DNA of 64,000 nt, from positions 28,222,464 through 28,286,463 of the forward strand of contig NC_043011.1 of NCBI RefSeq assembly GCF_006345805.1. The letters run 5' to 3'. The position numbers and the translations under genes are program-made. This document shows, piece after piece, positions 25,664 to 40,230 of this stretch. Source of the stretch: Octopus sinensis (taxonomy: Eukaryota). How positions within the stretch are numbered: position 1 is the stretch's first letter; every line of letters starts with the position of its first letter. Below the pieces are notes generated by a model. The model was not told the origin of the DNA. It searched no databases and saw nothing but the letters and a program-made list of their open reading frames with translations.

Positions 25664-26649
25664 CAGAGAGAGGGAGAGAGGAAGAGAGAGAAGGAGACAG
25701 CCGAATAATACTCCTTGCATGTTGATAGTAGATATTCAAATAAACATCTATGATTTGCCTTGACACAAAGTAGATGTAATCGAGCGAGACGAATAGAAGT
25801 TTATTTCAAAATCATAGTGGTTTAATGGTGTACTATAGTTTCGAGTTTAGCATCCCAATTAAATAAATTAACTTTTAAAATTAATTTTATTTAAATTGAG
25901 CACGCATTACTCTATTCTGCACCATAATACACATATTTACGAAACATATATACAATTTTAAAACAGAGAGTACTGTGTACCCAACAGTATTTTTCGGTTC
26001 TCTCTCTCTCTCTCTCTCAGTCTCTCGGTAAACGAAAACTATATACATATATATATATATACACACACGGACATATATGTGTGTGTATATATGTGTGTGT
26101 ATATATGTGTGTGTGTGTGTGTTGAAGTTCTAAATATAAGCTATGTGTGTACGCGTGTCTATGTGAACGTGTGAGGAATGTACCAAGTAATAAATTCCTG
26201 CAGAATTACTACGATAGTCTTTCAACAAATTGTCCATCAACAAAGCGCATAGTTATAGGAAGTAAAACTTGATATTTTCTAGCTTGTATGCACTCTGCCC
26301 GACGACACATGTATATGTAGCTATATGTATGTTATATGTTTTATTTAGCGTGTATTATATTTTGTCATCATATAAGATATGTGTGTGCGCGGGCATAAAT
26401 ACGTATTAACATTCTAGTGTCGTCAAAAGCACTATTCATATTTTCTTACCTACAAACTATTCACTTTTATGTTTTACAGTAAAGCATTTCAATGAAATGT
26501 ATATGTGATACTTGTTTTAACCTCTTTGAAACTGTGACATATTTACAGTTTGGATATCCATTGATATAAATTCCTCACAAATTTCTAAAAATGCTATTTT
26601 ATTTATTTATGTATTATTTTTTTTGCACTGCCAGCTTTCTTAGGATCCT

Positions 26650-27516
26650 GTTACTCTTTTACTTGTTTCAGTCACTTGACTGCGGCCATGCTGGAGCACC
26701 GCCTTTTAGTCGAGCAAATCGACCCCAGGACTTATTTTTTGTAAGCCTAGTACTTATTCTAGTCACTTATGCCGAACCGCTAAGTTACGAGGACGTAAAC
26801 ACAGTACCATCGGTTGTCAAGCGTGTTGGGGGGACAAACACAGACACACAAACGTATACACACATATACACATATAAATATATATATATATACTAGCAGT
26901 ATCGCCCGGCGTTGCTCGGGTTTGTAAGGGAAATAACTATATAAGCATTTTTAGAGAGTTACTTCCCTTATAGATGCCAATTCGGGCTTTCTTAGCCATT
27001 TCTGTTTTGGTGTCTTCAAGCCATGAAGTCGTTGTTCTAAAAGAACGCTGGTCTCCTTGACAACGCTTTACGACGTTGATTTCCTTACACTCCCTTCCCC
27101 ACAGCTTCACGAGGGAGGGAAGAAGGGGGAGAAGCAAGCAGGTGCAAGTGTGACCATGGACGCCAACTCCGCCGCCATCGACACACGAAAAATTATGCAT
27201 TAAAATGGAACAAAAAATGATGTTAAATTATTTTTAAAATCGTAGACTCATCGTAGACGCGCGCTAATACTCAGACGGGCTTGATATGAATCACGACTAT
27301 AAGATACCCGAATTTGGTTAAACTGCACCGCAAAATGTGGGAGTAGTTAGGAATCTAAATCCAAGGGGACAGACACTCACACAACTACAGTTTTATATAT
27401 ATAGATATACATATACATACATATGACGGGCTTCCTTTAATTTCTGTCTACCAAATCTACTCACAAGGCTTTGGTCGGCCCGAGGCTATAGTAGAAGACA
27501 CTTGCCCAAGGTGCCA
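26650..27516 (-). mobile_element. SINE family B interrupted by a Helitron
   Basis: 3' half at 26650-26850 and 5' part at 27424-27516 flank the Helitron, which sits in the SINE's internal (TA) tract. Confidence 0.8.
26893..27405 (-). mobile_element. Non-autonomous Helitron
   Basis: Minus strand starts TC(TATATATATAAAA) and ends CCCGagcaacgcCGGG hairpin + 8 nt + CTAG; inserted between A and T with no TSD. Confidence 0.85.
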
Positions 27517-27774
27517 ATTGCTAAACTTTCTGGAAACTTTTCTGGAGGAATCTCGCATCATTCACGACCATGTTGATTTAACTGTCTTTTAACTGCTTAA
27601 TCTTAAAATACTATTTTGCAGGAATAAATATTTGCGAGAGTAGATTATCTACTGTTGATGTTTGGAACATAGAAATCTGAGAAAAGTTGAAAACGCTTGA
27701 TGTTACGGAAACTGATGGTCTAAGAAATCAGAAATTTCGCTATATGAGATTCGTCCACAACTTTTTATTTCTAT

Positions 27775-28065
27775 GTCATCTCATTTTCTTCTTCCACTTA
27801 TTCCTGGAGAGATCATCTGTGTGTGAGAGCGGTGGCTGGTGAGAGTCCTCAAGCATTCCTTCCGTATCAGAAGCAACGATCCCTATTTGTTCGACTGAGT
27901 TCATGGATCTTTTCCAACCCACTTGCTCGTGGCTTACGTCTAGATCTCCTCTTACCTGTAGGATTTTGACTGTGAAATCTGCCGAGCGATTCTTTCTCAA
28001 GGCATTCTTAACCCATATTCATAGTGCCAATGAGATTCCTCAATTCCGAAACTTCCCAAAGAATA
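27775..28065 (-). mobile_element. Old RTE-type LINE C-terminal fragment
   Basis: Degenerate ...LRMP*ERIARQI...PTGKRRSRRKPR resembles the RTE motif GHV.RM...R...I...GKR.RGRP. Confidence 0.5.
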
Positions 28066-29575
28066 CTTTACTAAACTCCATCAATTTAATCGTTAATTAT
28101 ATCATGGGAAACGCTAAATTTCAGTAAATTATGCTTTTTTACAAAGTTAGGTGGAACCGAATTCGAGAGAGAACCAGAAGGCAGATATGCAAACAATTTT
28201 CGTAACAGAAGGTTTAACGTAAACGGGTGTATGTGTGATTGTTTGGGTATGCATGCGTATATACAGACGCAGTATATGTATAGACACACACACATATAAC
28301 ATATACATCCATTAAGATTTATCTGGATATGTCTATATACGTAGTTATTGAAATAAATTATCTCTAACATACCCTTAAATTGTTGCGAGGAAAACACTTA
28401 GTAACAGAGAACGATGATATGAAAATAAATTATCTGTAACATGACTTTAAATTATTGAGGATAAAAAATTAAAACTCAAAAACATGTGAGCAATCCAAAT
28501 TTCAATTTCACTGTGATCTTCTCACAAGGGGTCTTTCATATTTCTAAACAAAAAACAGGGGTCTGATTTGTAATAGATAAATAGAGAGTGCGTATCGTGT
28601 CATTCTTCCAATTTTCCCGGCAAAGGAAGTATTGCATACTTGCAATATACGACAAAGAAGGGTCTCATCGAAAACGAGAAAGAAGGCATACCCGCAATTT
28701 GTTTCTCATTGAAAACCAGAAACATGGGAAGCGGTAATAATTTAAAGGTATTTTAGATATAATTTATTTTAATAACATAATTCTCTATTACTAAATCGTT
28801 TTCTCTTACACAGCTACGCAAGACACGATAGTGGAAAGTTTGGGAATTAGAGGGGTGGGATAAAATATTAAAAAAACATTTCTTTTTTATTGAATATTCG
28901 TATTAATTCCATTGTGAGAACCAAGAATTAAAATAAAAACTAAGAGCAGTGAAAAGTTTTAGAATTAGCGGGTAGGAGTTAATATTAATTTTTTTTTTAA
29001 ATTGGACAATCGTATTAATTCCATTATGCAGAAGACATAATCAAAAAAACAAATTATAAAAATTCTTAAAAATCAAAAGTTATTAGGGTTTTAGTACGTG
29101 CTTCGATCAGAACTGCGTCCAAAATTTATTTCAATTGAAGTTGAGCAGTAAATTTGTGCATGCACACATTAAGAAATAACATAATTCGTAAGAAGTTTTA
29201 CCTAGAGTGAGTGTGTGTGCGTGTGTTACAATCTTAACCATACCTACAAATCGGATGACTCTACCTGAGTTAGAAAGAACTGTATCGGAATAACAAGTAC
29301 TTAGACATGTGACTGTATAATCTAGATGTATATATATATATATATATATATAATCTTGATGTGTATATATATATATATATATACACTCAGATATCCATAC
29401 ATAAATATATAGATACCCCCCCACACACACATATATATATGTGTGTGTGTGTGGTGTGCGTATAATGCGAGTGTGTGTATGTCTGGTTTTGCGTGCATGT
29501 GTATGTATGTGTATATGCACATATGTACCTACTTATATGAGTTTGTGCATATATGTATGAGCGTATGTATATGTA

Positions 29576-29629
<54 letters not shown>

Positions 29630-29882
29630 TTATTTGAGGGAGTAAAATCCAAACTTACGAGGAAAAAAAATTCAATTTAGAAATACTAAATCAAATTTCA
29701 CACAATATAATATATATATACATTTTTATTATTATTTTTGCAATTTACCTAATCTTTACATTTTATTGTTATTTTAATTTTTAATTTTCTATTATATATA
29801 TTTTCTAGATGGTGTAATTTAATTATTCCTTTTGAATTGATAAAAGGTGGGTTTTTTTCTAATTCTCTCTATATATATATAT

Positions 29883-31558
29883 ATCGTAGCAGCAATAAAT
29901 CGTAGCAGCAATAAATGAGGTCAAACATTACTCTGCTGTAGGCCCTGATAGATTTCCCGTTAGTCTCCTGAAGGAATGTAGATACCAACTTGCAGTCCCT
30001 CTGACCAACCTCTGGAGAAATTCGTTAGACGCAGGTTATATACCGAAACAGTTTCTATCCCAGTCGGTCATCCCGGTTTTCAAACAGGGAAACAGATCCC
30101 TCGCACTCAACTATCGCCCAATCTCACTCACCTCCCACATCATTAAAGTGTTTGAAATAGTGTTAAGATCAAGGATAGCTGACTTCCTGGAGACCCCAAA
30201 TCCTAAATGCAAATCAGCATGGCTTTCGCTGTGGCAGGGACAGTCTAACACAGCTCTTACACCACATTGAAGATGTACTCAAAGCCTTGGGAACAGGTTC
30301 GAACTCTGACGTCATATATTGACTTCAGTAAAGCGTTCGACAGGGTAGACCATAACATCCTACTCTCAAAATTGGCAAACGTTGGAATCCGTGGAAAAGT
30401 TCTACACTGGATTAAGTATTTCCTGGCGAATAGAACACAACATGTTGTAGTTGATGGAGTTCACTCAAACCCAGCAAAAGTCACCAGCGGTGTTCCCCAG
30501 GGAACTGTTTTGGGTCCGCTACTCTTCATAATTTACGTAAACGACCTTTCCAGTGTCGTACATTACTGCAAAGTGAAAAATTTGCTGATGACACTAAGCT
30601 CCAGCAAATCGTCAATGAAGAAGCAGACCGAACTCAACTCCAGTCTGATCTATATGCTGTGAGTCAATGGGCAGACAGAAACAAAATGCAACTGAATGAG
30701 GGAAAATTTGAGCTGATGCATTTTGGAAGAAATTCCTCACTAAAAAACCATACTCTCTTCCTTCAGGGGAACCGCTCACAGCCTCTAACAATATCAGAGA
30801 CCTGGGTGTAATTGTTGATGACGATCTCAGTTGGAGTGCACACATCAACAAGAAGGTCGATATAGCTCGTAGGATGAGTTCCTGGATCTTAAGAACTTTC
30901 CGGTCCAGAGAACAAGGTGTCATCATACCACTTTCTTCTCCTTTGTACGGCCACACCTTGAATACTGCTGCCCACTGTGGTCTCCTCACACAAGACAAAA
31001 CATCTCCAGAATTGAGTCACCCCAGAGGGCACTCACTAAACAAATTGAAGGCATGGCTGCTCTCGATTATTGGGATCGCCTTAAAGCCTTGAAACTTTAC
31101 TCCCTCCAGCGTCGCCGTGAGCGGTACATCATTTGTACGATGTGGAAAATATACGCCAACTTTGCCCAGATGACCTAAACATTAGCTTCAAGGTTCATCC
31201 AAGACTTGGACCACGGGCTATACGTCCCCTGCCCCATTCAAGATCACAACATACATGTACACTGCAACATAATTCTTTTCCCAACAGGCCCTGCCCTATT
31301 TAACATTGTCCCGAGAGAGATCAAAGAGGAAAAGGATCCCATCAACTTTAAACAGTCTGGATAGATTCCTTCAAAGAATACCAGATAAGCCACCCAAAAT
31401 TGGATACAACTCACCCAACAAGAACTCACTACTTGAACAAAACTTGACTTAAAGAAAATTTGAGTTAAACAGGATTCGAATAATCCTATCAGGTGGTGCT
31501 ATTAAGTTAGACATGGCCTGGACCAATCTTTGGTCGAAACATATCTAAGTTTATCTAA

Positions 31559-31560
<2 letters not shown>
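29883..31560 (+). mobile_element. 5'-truncated CR1-group LINE (RT pseudogene plus 3' UTR)
   Basis: [43 protein letters not shown] and LYSLQRRRERY across several frameshifts; tail atctaagt x2; flanked by (TA)n. Confidence 0.92.
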
Positions 31561-31607
<47 letters not shown>

Positions 31608-31815
31608 TATATGTATATGTAAGTGTGTGTGAGAGTGTATGTACATATGTTAGAGTCTGTATACGCACGAACACGAAAATACTTGTCTAAATATTAATCT
31701 TCCCTTCACCTTCTACTTTCTTTTTCCTCTAAGCAGTTATGACAGCGAAAGCTGATTACATCATTTTATCTTAACTGTAACGTATGCTGTCCACGTTCAT
31801 ATTTGAAATTTTTGC

Positions 31816-31835
31816 GCTTTATACATACATACATA

Positions 31836-31929
<94 letters not shown>

Positions 31930-31950
31930 TGCATATATATATATATATAT
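31816..31950. repeat. (TACA)/(TA)n microsatellite
   Basis: Direct reading. Confidence 0.95.
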
Positions 31951-32488
31951 CCTTTTACACAGTCTGAATGTGTAATTCTGTTTATATGTTATCTACCTAT
32001 ATACGCATTTTGTGTACATGTGTCTGCATATGTATGTGTGATACTCTGCAAAGCTATTACTACAAAACATTATATAACTGAAAAATGTCTTTCTCTTTTA
32101 GTTTTTTCAAGCTTCTAATGTGTTTAATTTAATATATGCATAACCGAAGTAAAGAGAAAAGGATGCCATCTGCTTTGCAATTAAAAATCAACGAATTCTT
32201 TGCACACGTATTGCAAGATACCTGCTTTAATTTAGTCTTTCTTGAATTAACTAGAGATAGTTATTTATTGTGTTATTTTTTCCAAAGCATTTTCCCCCTT
32301 CAATATGATTTTATTCCTCTCATTAATAAACGCCCTCATTGTATTTTCTATAGTAATAAGGAGATCGATATGCATTCCAGAATTGAAATTAAAATATGCT
32401 TACTCGAGAACAAGACATATACGCACTCCACTGGGTACATCATTATAAGTATTCCTGACGTACTTTTTACCGCAATTGCTCGAGAAAA

Positions 32489-32872
32489 TCTTTATATATA
32501 AAACTGTAGTTGTGTGAATGCCTGTCCCCTTCGATTTAGATTCCTAACTACTCCCACATGCAGTTTAACCAAAACCGGGTATCTTATAGTCGTGATTCAT
32601 ATCGAGCCCTTCTGGGTATTAGCGCTTGTCTACGATGAGTCTACGATTTTAAAAATAATTTACCTTCATTTTTTTCCATTTACATGCATATTTTTTAAAG
32701 GGAAGTAACTCTCTAAAAATGTCTACGATGAATCAACGATTTAAAAAAAATTTACCATCATATTTTTTTCATTTTTAATGCATTTTTTTGCTATCTTTTG
32801 GCTATAACTCTCTAAAAATGCTGTATAGTTATTTCCCTTACAAACCCGAGCAACGCCGGGCGATACTGCTAT
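32489..32872 (+). mobile_element. Non-autonomous Helitron, same family as 26893-27405
   Basis: A|TCTTTATATATAAAACTGTAG...cccgagcaacgccgggcgatactgCTAT|T; terminal CTAG mutated. Confidence 0.85.
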
Positions 32873-33368
32873 TCTTTATAAATTAACAGTCATTTGAAGC
32901 GTAACATAAAGTTTTAGCTGTAGAAGAATAAATGACGTTATATTCCATACATGTTATAATGGGTATATGCGTGATCTTCATAGCAAATATTCCGCTTTCT
33001 ATGTCGAAAATTGTTCCTCTCATCAGCCAGTGTAAAAATAGACAACCATTTCTCTATTTGCCAGGCTGTCTAAATTTTGCGTAAGTGATCGGGTACATCC
33101 TGTATCTTAGTGATACTGACATTTATTAAGGTATTACTTAGTTATGAGAGGTAATGGTGTCATTGAGACCCAAAGGTGTTAGTTAATGCTGAATAAGTGC
33201 TATAGATAGATGCTATACATAGACCATAGTTAAGTTCCAAGTTCGGTGATTTTGCGAATAAGGGGTTCAACGTTGGTCATATGTCAACGTGTGTATATAA
33301 AATTTTTTTTTCGAAATGACATAAAAAAAACAAGGCTGAATAGATTTTAGAACATTTATAGATAGAAG

Positions 33369-33416
33369 GTCTTACAGCTGTTTCCAGGATATTTATTATA
33401 TCCCTTCAACGGAGAC
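33369..33416 (-). ncRNA. Hammerhead-like motif with decayed core (CCGUUGA) in a PLE-like fragment
   Basis: GUCU-CCGUUGA-A-GGGAUAU(aauaa)AUAUCCU-G-GAAAC-AGCU-GUA-AGAC; all three stems pair. Confidence 0.6.
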
Positions 33417-34269
33417 GATGTGAGAGGAGAGTTAAGAAATAGTTAATTTAGATATGATACAAAATAGAGAGTAAGGTGGAGGAAGGAAAATAGATATGAG
33501 ATATGTAGGGATATTGAATTTGTAGATCCATTTTTTAGGCAAAATAGTATATATGTAATATTCCAATACTTTATGAGTAAAATCCAACAGTATTTAAAAT
33601 TGGTCATTCCAAATATCGAGTGTTACTTAGTTATAAATAACAGTTATTTTTGCAATTATATTGAACTCTCAAAGGAGACGCTTTGCAGTTTATTCTATGT
33701 AGTCGCCCGACAAGCTAACAATAACAATAGCAGCCAAATGTCGCTTAAATCACACCCTGATCCCTTGAAAAACATGTTACCTAAGACTAAATTGAGAAGT
33801 GTAATGTTAGCTACAGGATGGCTGAAACAGAAAAAAAGCAAGTTTTAGGTTGAGCCGCCGCTAAACAATAACAAAGAAATCTATTTAACTAACTAATGTT
33901 TGATGAGCGATTAGATCAATCAGTTGTGTTTGCCAGTGACTTTTCACCCTCATCCATGACCTCTTCATGAACATGCTCTCTCTACATCAGGTCAGGTTCA
34001 ACAATCGATTATTTAGTTAAATAGCTAGCCACTTGACGAATAATCGAGAAATGAAATTTAAATAGTGCGTATATTTATTATTGGTATAACATCCCTCCCA
34101 TGATATAACGATCTTTATTTTTTATGCAGGATTCCGGCGTGCAATCCCTCGGCCATGTGGGTTAAGTGTTAGTATAGGAAAGGAAACAATGATTAATCTG
34201 TATTTCTTCATTCGAACGGATCTTGACGAAATATAAATATTGATATAAAAACAAATGTTTTACGCCAGA

Positions 34270-34485
34270 GCATATTGTGGGTCAGATAAAACAGTCATTT
34301 TTATCAGCCACAGTACTTTATTGCTTGCATTATATTATCGATCCTCTAACAAAAATAGAGTAAATAATAGTCGAAGTCAACCTCAGCAGGATTTCAAATC
34401 CCGAACATAAAGAGATGTAATTAAATAGATGAAATACCGCAAGGCATTTAGTTCGAGGCTTTACAAACTCGGTCGCCCACCGACC
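34270..34485 (-). mobile_element. Old SINE family A copy
   Basis: gaagtcaacctcagcaggatttcaaatcccgaacataaaga...gaaataccgcaaggcattt. Confidence 0.5.
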
Positions 34486-36338
34486 TCATCCTGCCAAAAG
34501 CATGCTGATTGTAGAAATGGCAAAAAGCTTCTATAAAACACCGACAAATCTCGAACCAAATCAGCTCTCTTGTCAATATCAAAAACAGTTATCATTTTTT
34601 TCTCTCAGCAAATTATTCGGTAATTGCAAGATAAGAATCAATCTTCAGTTTCAACAAGTACAACACACAAAAACGCACATACACACATATACCCATCTTC
34701 GCTCGCGCACGCACCAACACACACATACACACACAAAAACACACACACACACACACACAAACGCGCGCACATGCACATTTACCCACGTGTGCATACGCAC
34801 ACATACTCCTACCTAATCCCACCTTTCCATACTTTTCAACCCCTACCACACAAATCAGAATAATTGTTTTCGATTAATATCACTATGGAACCATTAATGA
34901 AGGATGTTTACCAGTAATTGTTGATCGAAACGATTGAAACGTCTCAACGTCCCTCAGGTCACTGAATGTATTTCATCTTTTGTTGTCTGCTCGTTACCCA
35001 CAAGTCACACAATATCTTCCTTCTCCCTCTCTCTTTCTCTCCTTCTCTCTCTTTCTCTCCTTCTCTCTCTCTCTCTATTCCTCTCACTGTCTCTTCTCTC
35101 ACCTTCTCCAAACGCTTTCTTTCTAGGTTCATAATCAATCGCCAAAAGGTAAATTATCGTAAACATGTTTTCTCATGATTTAAATGATAAAAAAAAAACT
35201 GAATAGAAAATTAAAATATTAGAAAGGGATTAATGCGTTACTTCTTGAGGCGGGACTGATGATGATGATGGTGATGGTGGTGGTGGAGGTGATGTCGGTG
35301 GCGATGGTGTTGGTGGTGGTAGTAGTGGTGATGGAAATGACGGAGGCCGCAGTTACTACAGAATCGACGACCACCACGACGGTACAATGACAGCGATGAA
35401 GACGACAAAGATGATATTAAAGAAGGCGGAGGATAACAATGATATTAATTATACTGCTGGTGTTTATCGATGTAGTTGTTATTGGTTTTATTGTTTTTGC
35501 TATTTAGCTCCTGGTTGGCTGTGATTGACATGTCTACGATCAAAATTTCTCACCTGTTCCTATTCCATGTTTTTTAAAATTTTAATATATATATATCGAG
35601 ATGTACACAATACAATATTTCTCTCTAAATCTAAGATACTAGCTGGTGATATGACAAAGATTTGGCTATTATTTCAAATGGTTCGATCGATATCGAAAGT
35701 TGGGTGAGCCTAAAAAATAACAATGTTAAAAATGTTGACATTGTCAGCTTCAAGATGTTTGTTGCAAATTGTAAAGAAAGTATCCAAGTTTACGCTATTA
35801 CTGTTAGTAATCAGATACATCAGCGTCGTATCTCAAGAAATTTAATCGGTTGATTGATTGGTCTCACTTGTGATACTTATTTCATATATAATAAAGGATA
35901 TTAATGACTACGATGGAAGGAACCTGCTCTAAAATTTTCCACTTCTCTTTGACATAGGTATCTACTTAATATTTTATATCTGGTATAGCTAGCTACATAT
36001 CAACCAGCCTTGTCGTTGGCAAACCCTCTAAGATTCTTGCCTTTATGAAAGTGGAGAATGACACACATGTCTAAAAAAGTTCATTATTAACTACTAAAGA
36101 GTGTAAAGCTCCAATAAATTTAGGTTAGACCAACGATAGCTAAACTTTTGGAATACGCAAGGTAGAGCCGCCATGTAACCACTCGAACTCCAAAAAACAA
36201 CAGTTCAATCACACTTAAATTATAAAACTGAGACACATTAGATGATACCGGCCTCAGTACTGTATAGCTCAGGTGAACACGCATTACACTGACTAAGAAC
36301 ACCGTTCATCATACGTCTATTTCATCAAAGCTGATCTA

Positions 36339-37588
36339 TCAGGTCATCCCATAACTTCTGTCCGATTTTACCTTTTTTTAAATTGAATGAAATTTAATAT
36401 TATTTTACAATGACTAAATTATTTTTATACATTTGTGTACATTTCAACTAATTAAATATTATTTTACAGAATAATAGAATTAAACTTTCTTTGATTAAAA
36501 CCCTTTCTAATATAAAAATATCCAAAGAGCATTTGAGGCACATAATGCTTTATGAGTACCAAAAAGGAAAGTCTGCAGCCGAAGTGACTCAAAACATGCA
36601 CTCAGTTTATGGGGAAGAATACTTGAATGAAAGAACTTGCAGAAGATGGTTTGCAAAATTCAAAAGCGGAGATATCAGCCTTGAAGAGGAAGGCCGAACA
36701 GGACGTTCAGTTGAGTTTGATGGTAAACTCCTTGAGGCATTACTTGAAGAAAATCTTGCATTATCAGTTGAAGTATTGGTACTACAGCTTAATTCAAACC
36801 ATACGACCGTTCATCGTCATCTTCAACAACTTGGAAATGTTCCTAAACTTTGAAAACGGATGCCTCAGGAAATTTCCGAAAGCAAGCACAAATCCCGAGT
36901 TGACATCTGCTCTTCTCTCCATTCTCGCGAACTGATTTCACCTTTCTGGATAGGCTTGTAACTGGTGACGAAAAATTGATCTTCTATCGAAATGTTACAC
37001 GTCGGAAACAGTGGCTGGCTAAAAGGCAAAAAGCTCAACCACAACCGAGAAGGGAACTTCATGGGAAAAAAGTTTTTCTCTCTATCTGGTGGGATCGCAA
37101 AGTAGTAATTCACTTCGAATTGTTACCATCTAATGCAACAATCAATGCCCAAGTCTACTGTCAGAAATTAAAGGGTTTGAACCAAACTTTGAAGAAAAAA
37201 AGATCCGCTTTAGTGAATCGAAAAGGAGTGGTGTTTCATCAGGACAATGCGTGATCCCACACTGCAAAGATCACATTTCAGAAGATCGGAAAGCTTGGTT
37301 GCAAGACATTTCCTCATCCACCTTATTCTCCCGACCTTGCTCCTTCAGACTACCATTTGTTTCGTAGTTTACAGAATCATTTGGGGGACATAACTTTCGC
37401 AAGCCAGGAGGAGGTCGAACCTGACATTTCAGTGTTCTTCGTTTGAAACCAAAAGAGTTTTACATTGACGGAAGGAAGTCATAGATAATCAAGGAAAGTA
37501 CATTGATGATTAAATTTCAATTAAATATAACATTTGATCACTTGTTTTCTTTATTCAAAATTCGGACAGAATTTATGGGATGACCTGA
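36339..37588 (+). mobile_element. Full-length mariner (Tc1/mariner) DNA transposon, 1250 bp
   Basis: TIRs tcaggtcatcccataacttctgtccga / tcggacagaatttatgggatgacctga; TA TSD on both sides. Confidence 0.95.
36512..37513 (+). pseudogene. mariner transposase pseudogene
   Basis: HLRHIMLYEY...RRWFAKFKSGD HTH; catalytic motifs VTGDEK, HQDNA, YSPDLAPSDYHLF; in-frame stops at ~36851 and ~37252. Confidence 0.93.
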
Positions 37589-39112
37589 TAGGTTTAAGCA
37601 ACTAACTGAAAACCAGTGAATCATGCAGCTTGACATAGCCACGATACGTATCAATAATATTACCTCCTTATTGGTACAAGCATTGGGTTGTACTTAATAA
37701 TTCCTGAACAACTTGATGGACAGAAATTCTTTTCATAAAACGTCTTGTTATTAGAGTGACAGTAAAATTTCAAAATCAGCAGAGCTTTAAAGTAATCTTC
37801 GGTGGGAATGCTTTCTTAGGAAGAGCCGAAGTATAAGAAGTTTAGGAAGTAAGATTTATTTATTGACGTATATTTAATCATAATGTGGAATATCTACTTA
37901 AATTTTCTAAGCCGTTATTTTAAAAAATCTTGTATTGCACGCTCAGACTGTTTAGAGACATAATGAAAAGCAAGTGCTTTTAAAAAAGCTCAGTTCAACT
38001 AATTTGACAGTTTCTAACGTAGGTGGATAGGAACTAACGATTTTTAACTGGCTGGAGTGTAATTACAATAATTTTGTCCAAATTGAGAGAGTCCCCCAGG
38101 ATTATCCTAATCAATTAATTTTAACTGTAAAGCAGCATCCACCAAGCGTCATTGACGGCACTTATCCCTATATACTTGATTCCGTACAACTGTGTAAGAT
38201 ATTCTGCATATGCGACGTTACTTAAAACCAAATCAGTCTTTAGCAAGCTGTTCTTTAATCAGAAGTATACTATCTATGATCATCCCTTTTTTTTTCTTCG
38301 TTCGAACATAGTGTAGCCTATTATATTTCCCAATATGTCCTTCAAGATGACGTCCTATGATTTGAATGACATGCACCTGGTATTTCCAGTAGAGAAAAGG
38401 AACACTAAAAGGCTCCCTTTTGAATCATTGCTTGTGTGGTTCATTCAATTCATCATACATTAACAACTGAGGTATCACTTCAAGATCTAAAAGCCTTGCT
38501 TGGCATTTGTCTTGAAATGAGGAACAAAAGGGTAAGGGCTAGGTATGAAGCCGATAACATTACTACAGCAAGTTTAGAAGGAGATGTTGAACTGAAAGAA
38601 TGTCAGATTGTGAAAGGAATGAAGATTAATTACACTGAATCATTAGGCTAGCATGTAACTATTTAAAGTAAGCTCCAAGAGAGTATTTGTTACAGCTTTT
38701 GTTATTGCTCATGATTAAGTCTATTCAAATATCAAATATCAATCAGTGTAGGAATATGAAGAATCTGACAATAGAAATTAGGAATTTCGCTTGAAAATAC
38801 ACTGCTTCCAAAGTGCAATATCACATAGAACACTTTGATTGATTTATGTTTGCTTCTCTTTGCAAAACATTAAGCTACATCTTGAGAGCAAAACTAATCA
38901 GATCACTCTTTATGACGGTGTTCTCTTAACCCCGTTTTGCAATGTAGGTTAAATAGCTGACACACTGTCATCCGTAGAGATGTTTTGGTGAGAAATTGCT
39001 TGAAATGTACGCAATTCTTTGTTATTGAGTGGTTAGTGAACGAGGAGGGTACGAAAAAAGTTTATGACATTCAAAGGCGTTCAGTCTTCTATTAACTAGA
39101 AAATAAATTCAC

Positions 39113-39329
39113 ATACTCATTTACTCATTTACTTGTTTCAGTCATTTGACTGTGGCCATGCTGGAGCACCGCCTTTAGTCGAGCAAATCGACCCCAGGAC
39201 TTATTCTTGGTAAGCCTAGTATTTATTCTATAGGGCTCTTTTGCCAAACCGCTAAGTTACGGGGATGTAAAAACACCAGCATCGGTTTGTCAAGCGATGC
39301 TGGGAGGACAAACACAGACGTATACACAA

Positions 39330-39398
<69 letters not shown>

Positions 39399-39568
39399 CA
39401 TATATACGACGGGCTTCTTTCAGTTTCCGTCTACCAAATCCACTCACAAGGCTTTGGTCGGCCCGAGGCTATAGTAGAAGACACTTTCCCAAGGTGCCAC
39501 ACAGTGGGACTGAACCCGGAACCATGTGGTTTATAAGCAAGCTACTTACCACACAGCTACTCCTGCGC
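39113..39568 (-). mobile_element. SINE family B, full length
   Basis: Near-identical to 20529-20987. Confidence 0.9.
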
Positions 39569-40192
39569 CATGTTTATTTTCAAATAATAAATGTAATTAG
39601 TGAAAGGCAAGAGTAATTAAATTTTACATTTGTCCATAAATGAAACCGCAAACATTTTTTTTAATGAATGTTTATTTGTCACTACTTCTACGTGAAGTAA
39701 ATAATTAACACAAAAGCTTATCAAATGTATTAGGATTTTTATTGCTGCTGGATCAGAGAATTTAGATGCAGTTAAAGAATTATAACATGAACCTTGCACC
39801 CTTATATAACTCATTTAAACGGTTGCGCTCTGAATTAATTGAATTTCAATTTCCAGGAAGAAACCTCTATCTTGCTCTGAATTCAGATTATGACCGAAAC
39901 CTCAAAGCATGCTGCTTTCATTTTGAACACGTCTATGTAGTTTAGTTATAGATCTTTGAAATGTTCTACTTGTATTTTCATTGAACTCTATTTCTGTTAA
40001 TCACATGTAGGTCTTCCATGATTTTCATTCTTTTATGCCTTTTGAAAAAGATCGATACAGAATATTCTTCCATTAGTCTACTTAAAATGAAATACAATAT
40101 ATAAGTGAACTCGTGTTGTGCACTTCAGAGATAAGCTTACAAGTCGTTGCTGCAAATGTTCCATTTCCACATCCCCACCATTTCATGACCTT

Positions 40193-40230
<38 letters not shown>

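Noticed and set aside
28831-29055. Diverged ~118-bp tandem duplication (and a ~40-bp one at 28350-28462)
   Set aside because: Old local duplications with no structural or coding signal.
38436-38651. 71-aa ORF with natural-looking composition
   Set aside because: No recognisable motif or splice context; possibly a very old LINE remnant, but unsupported.
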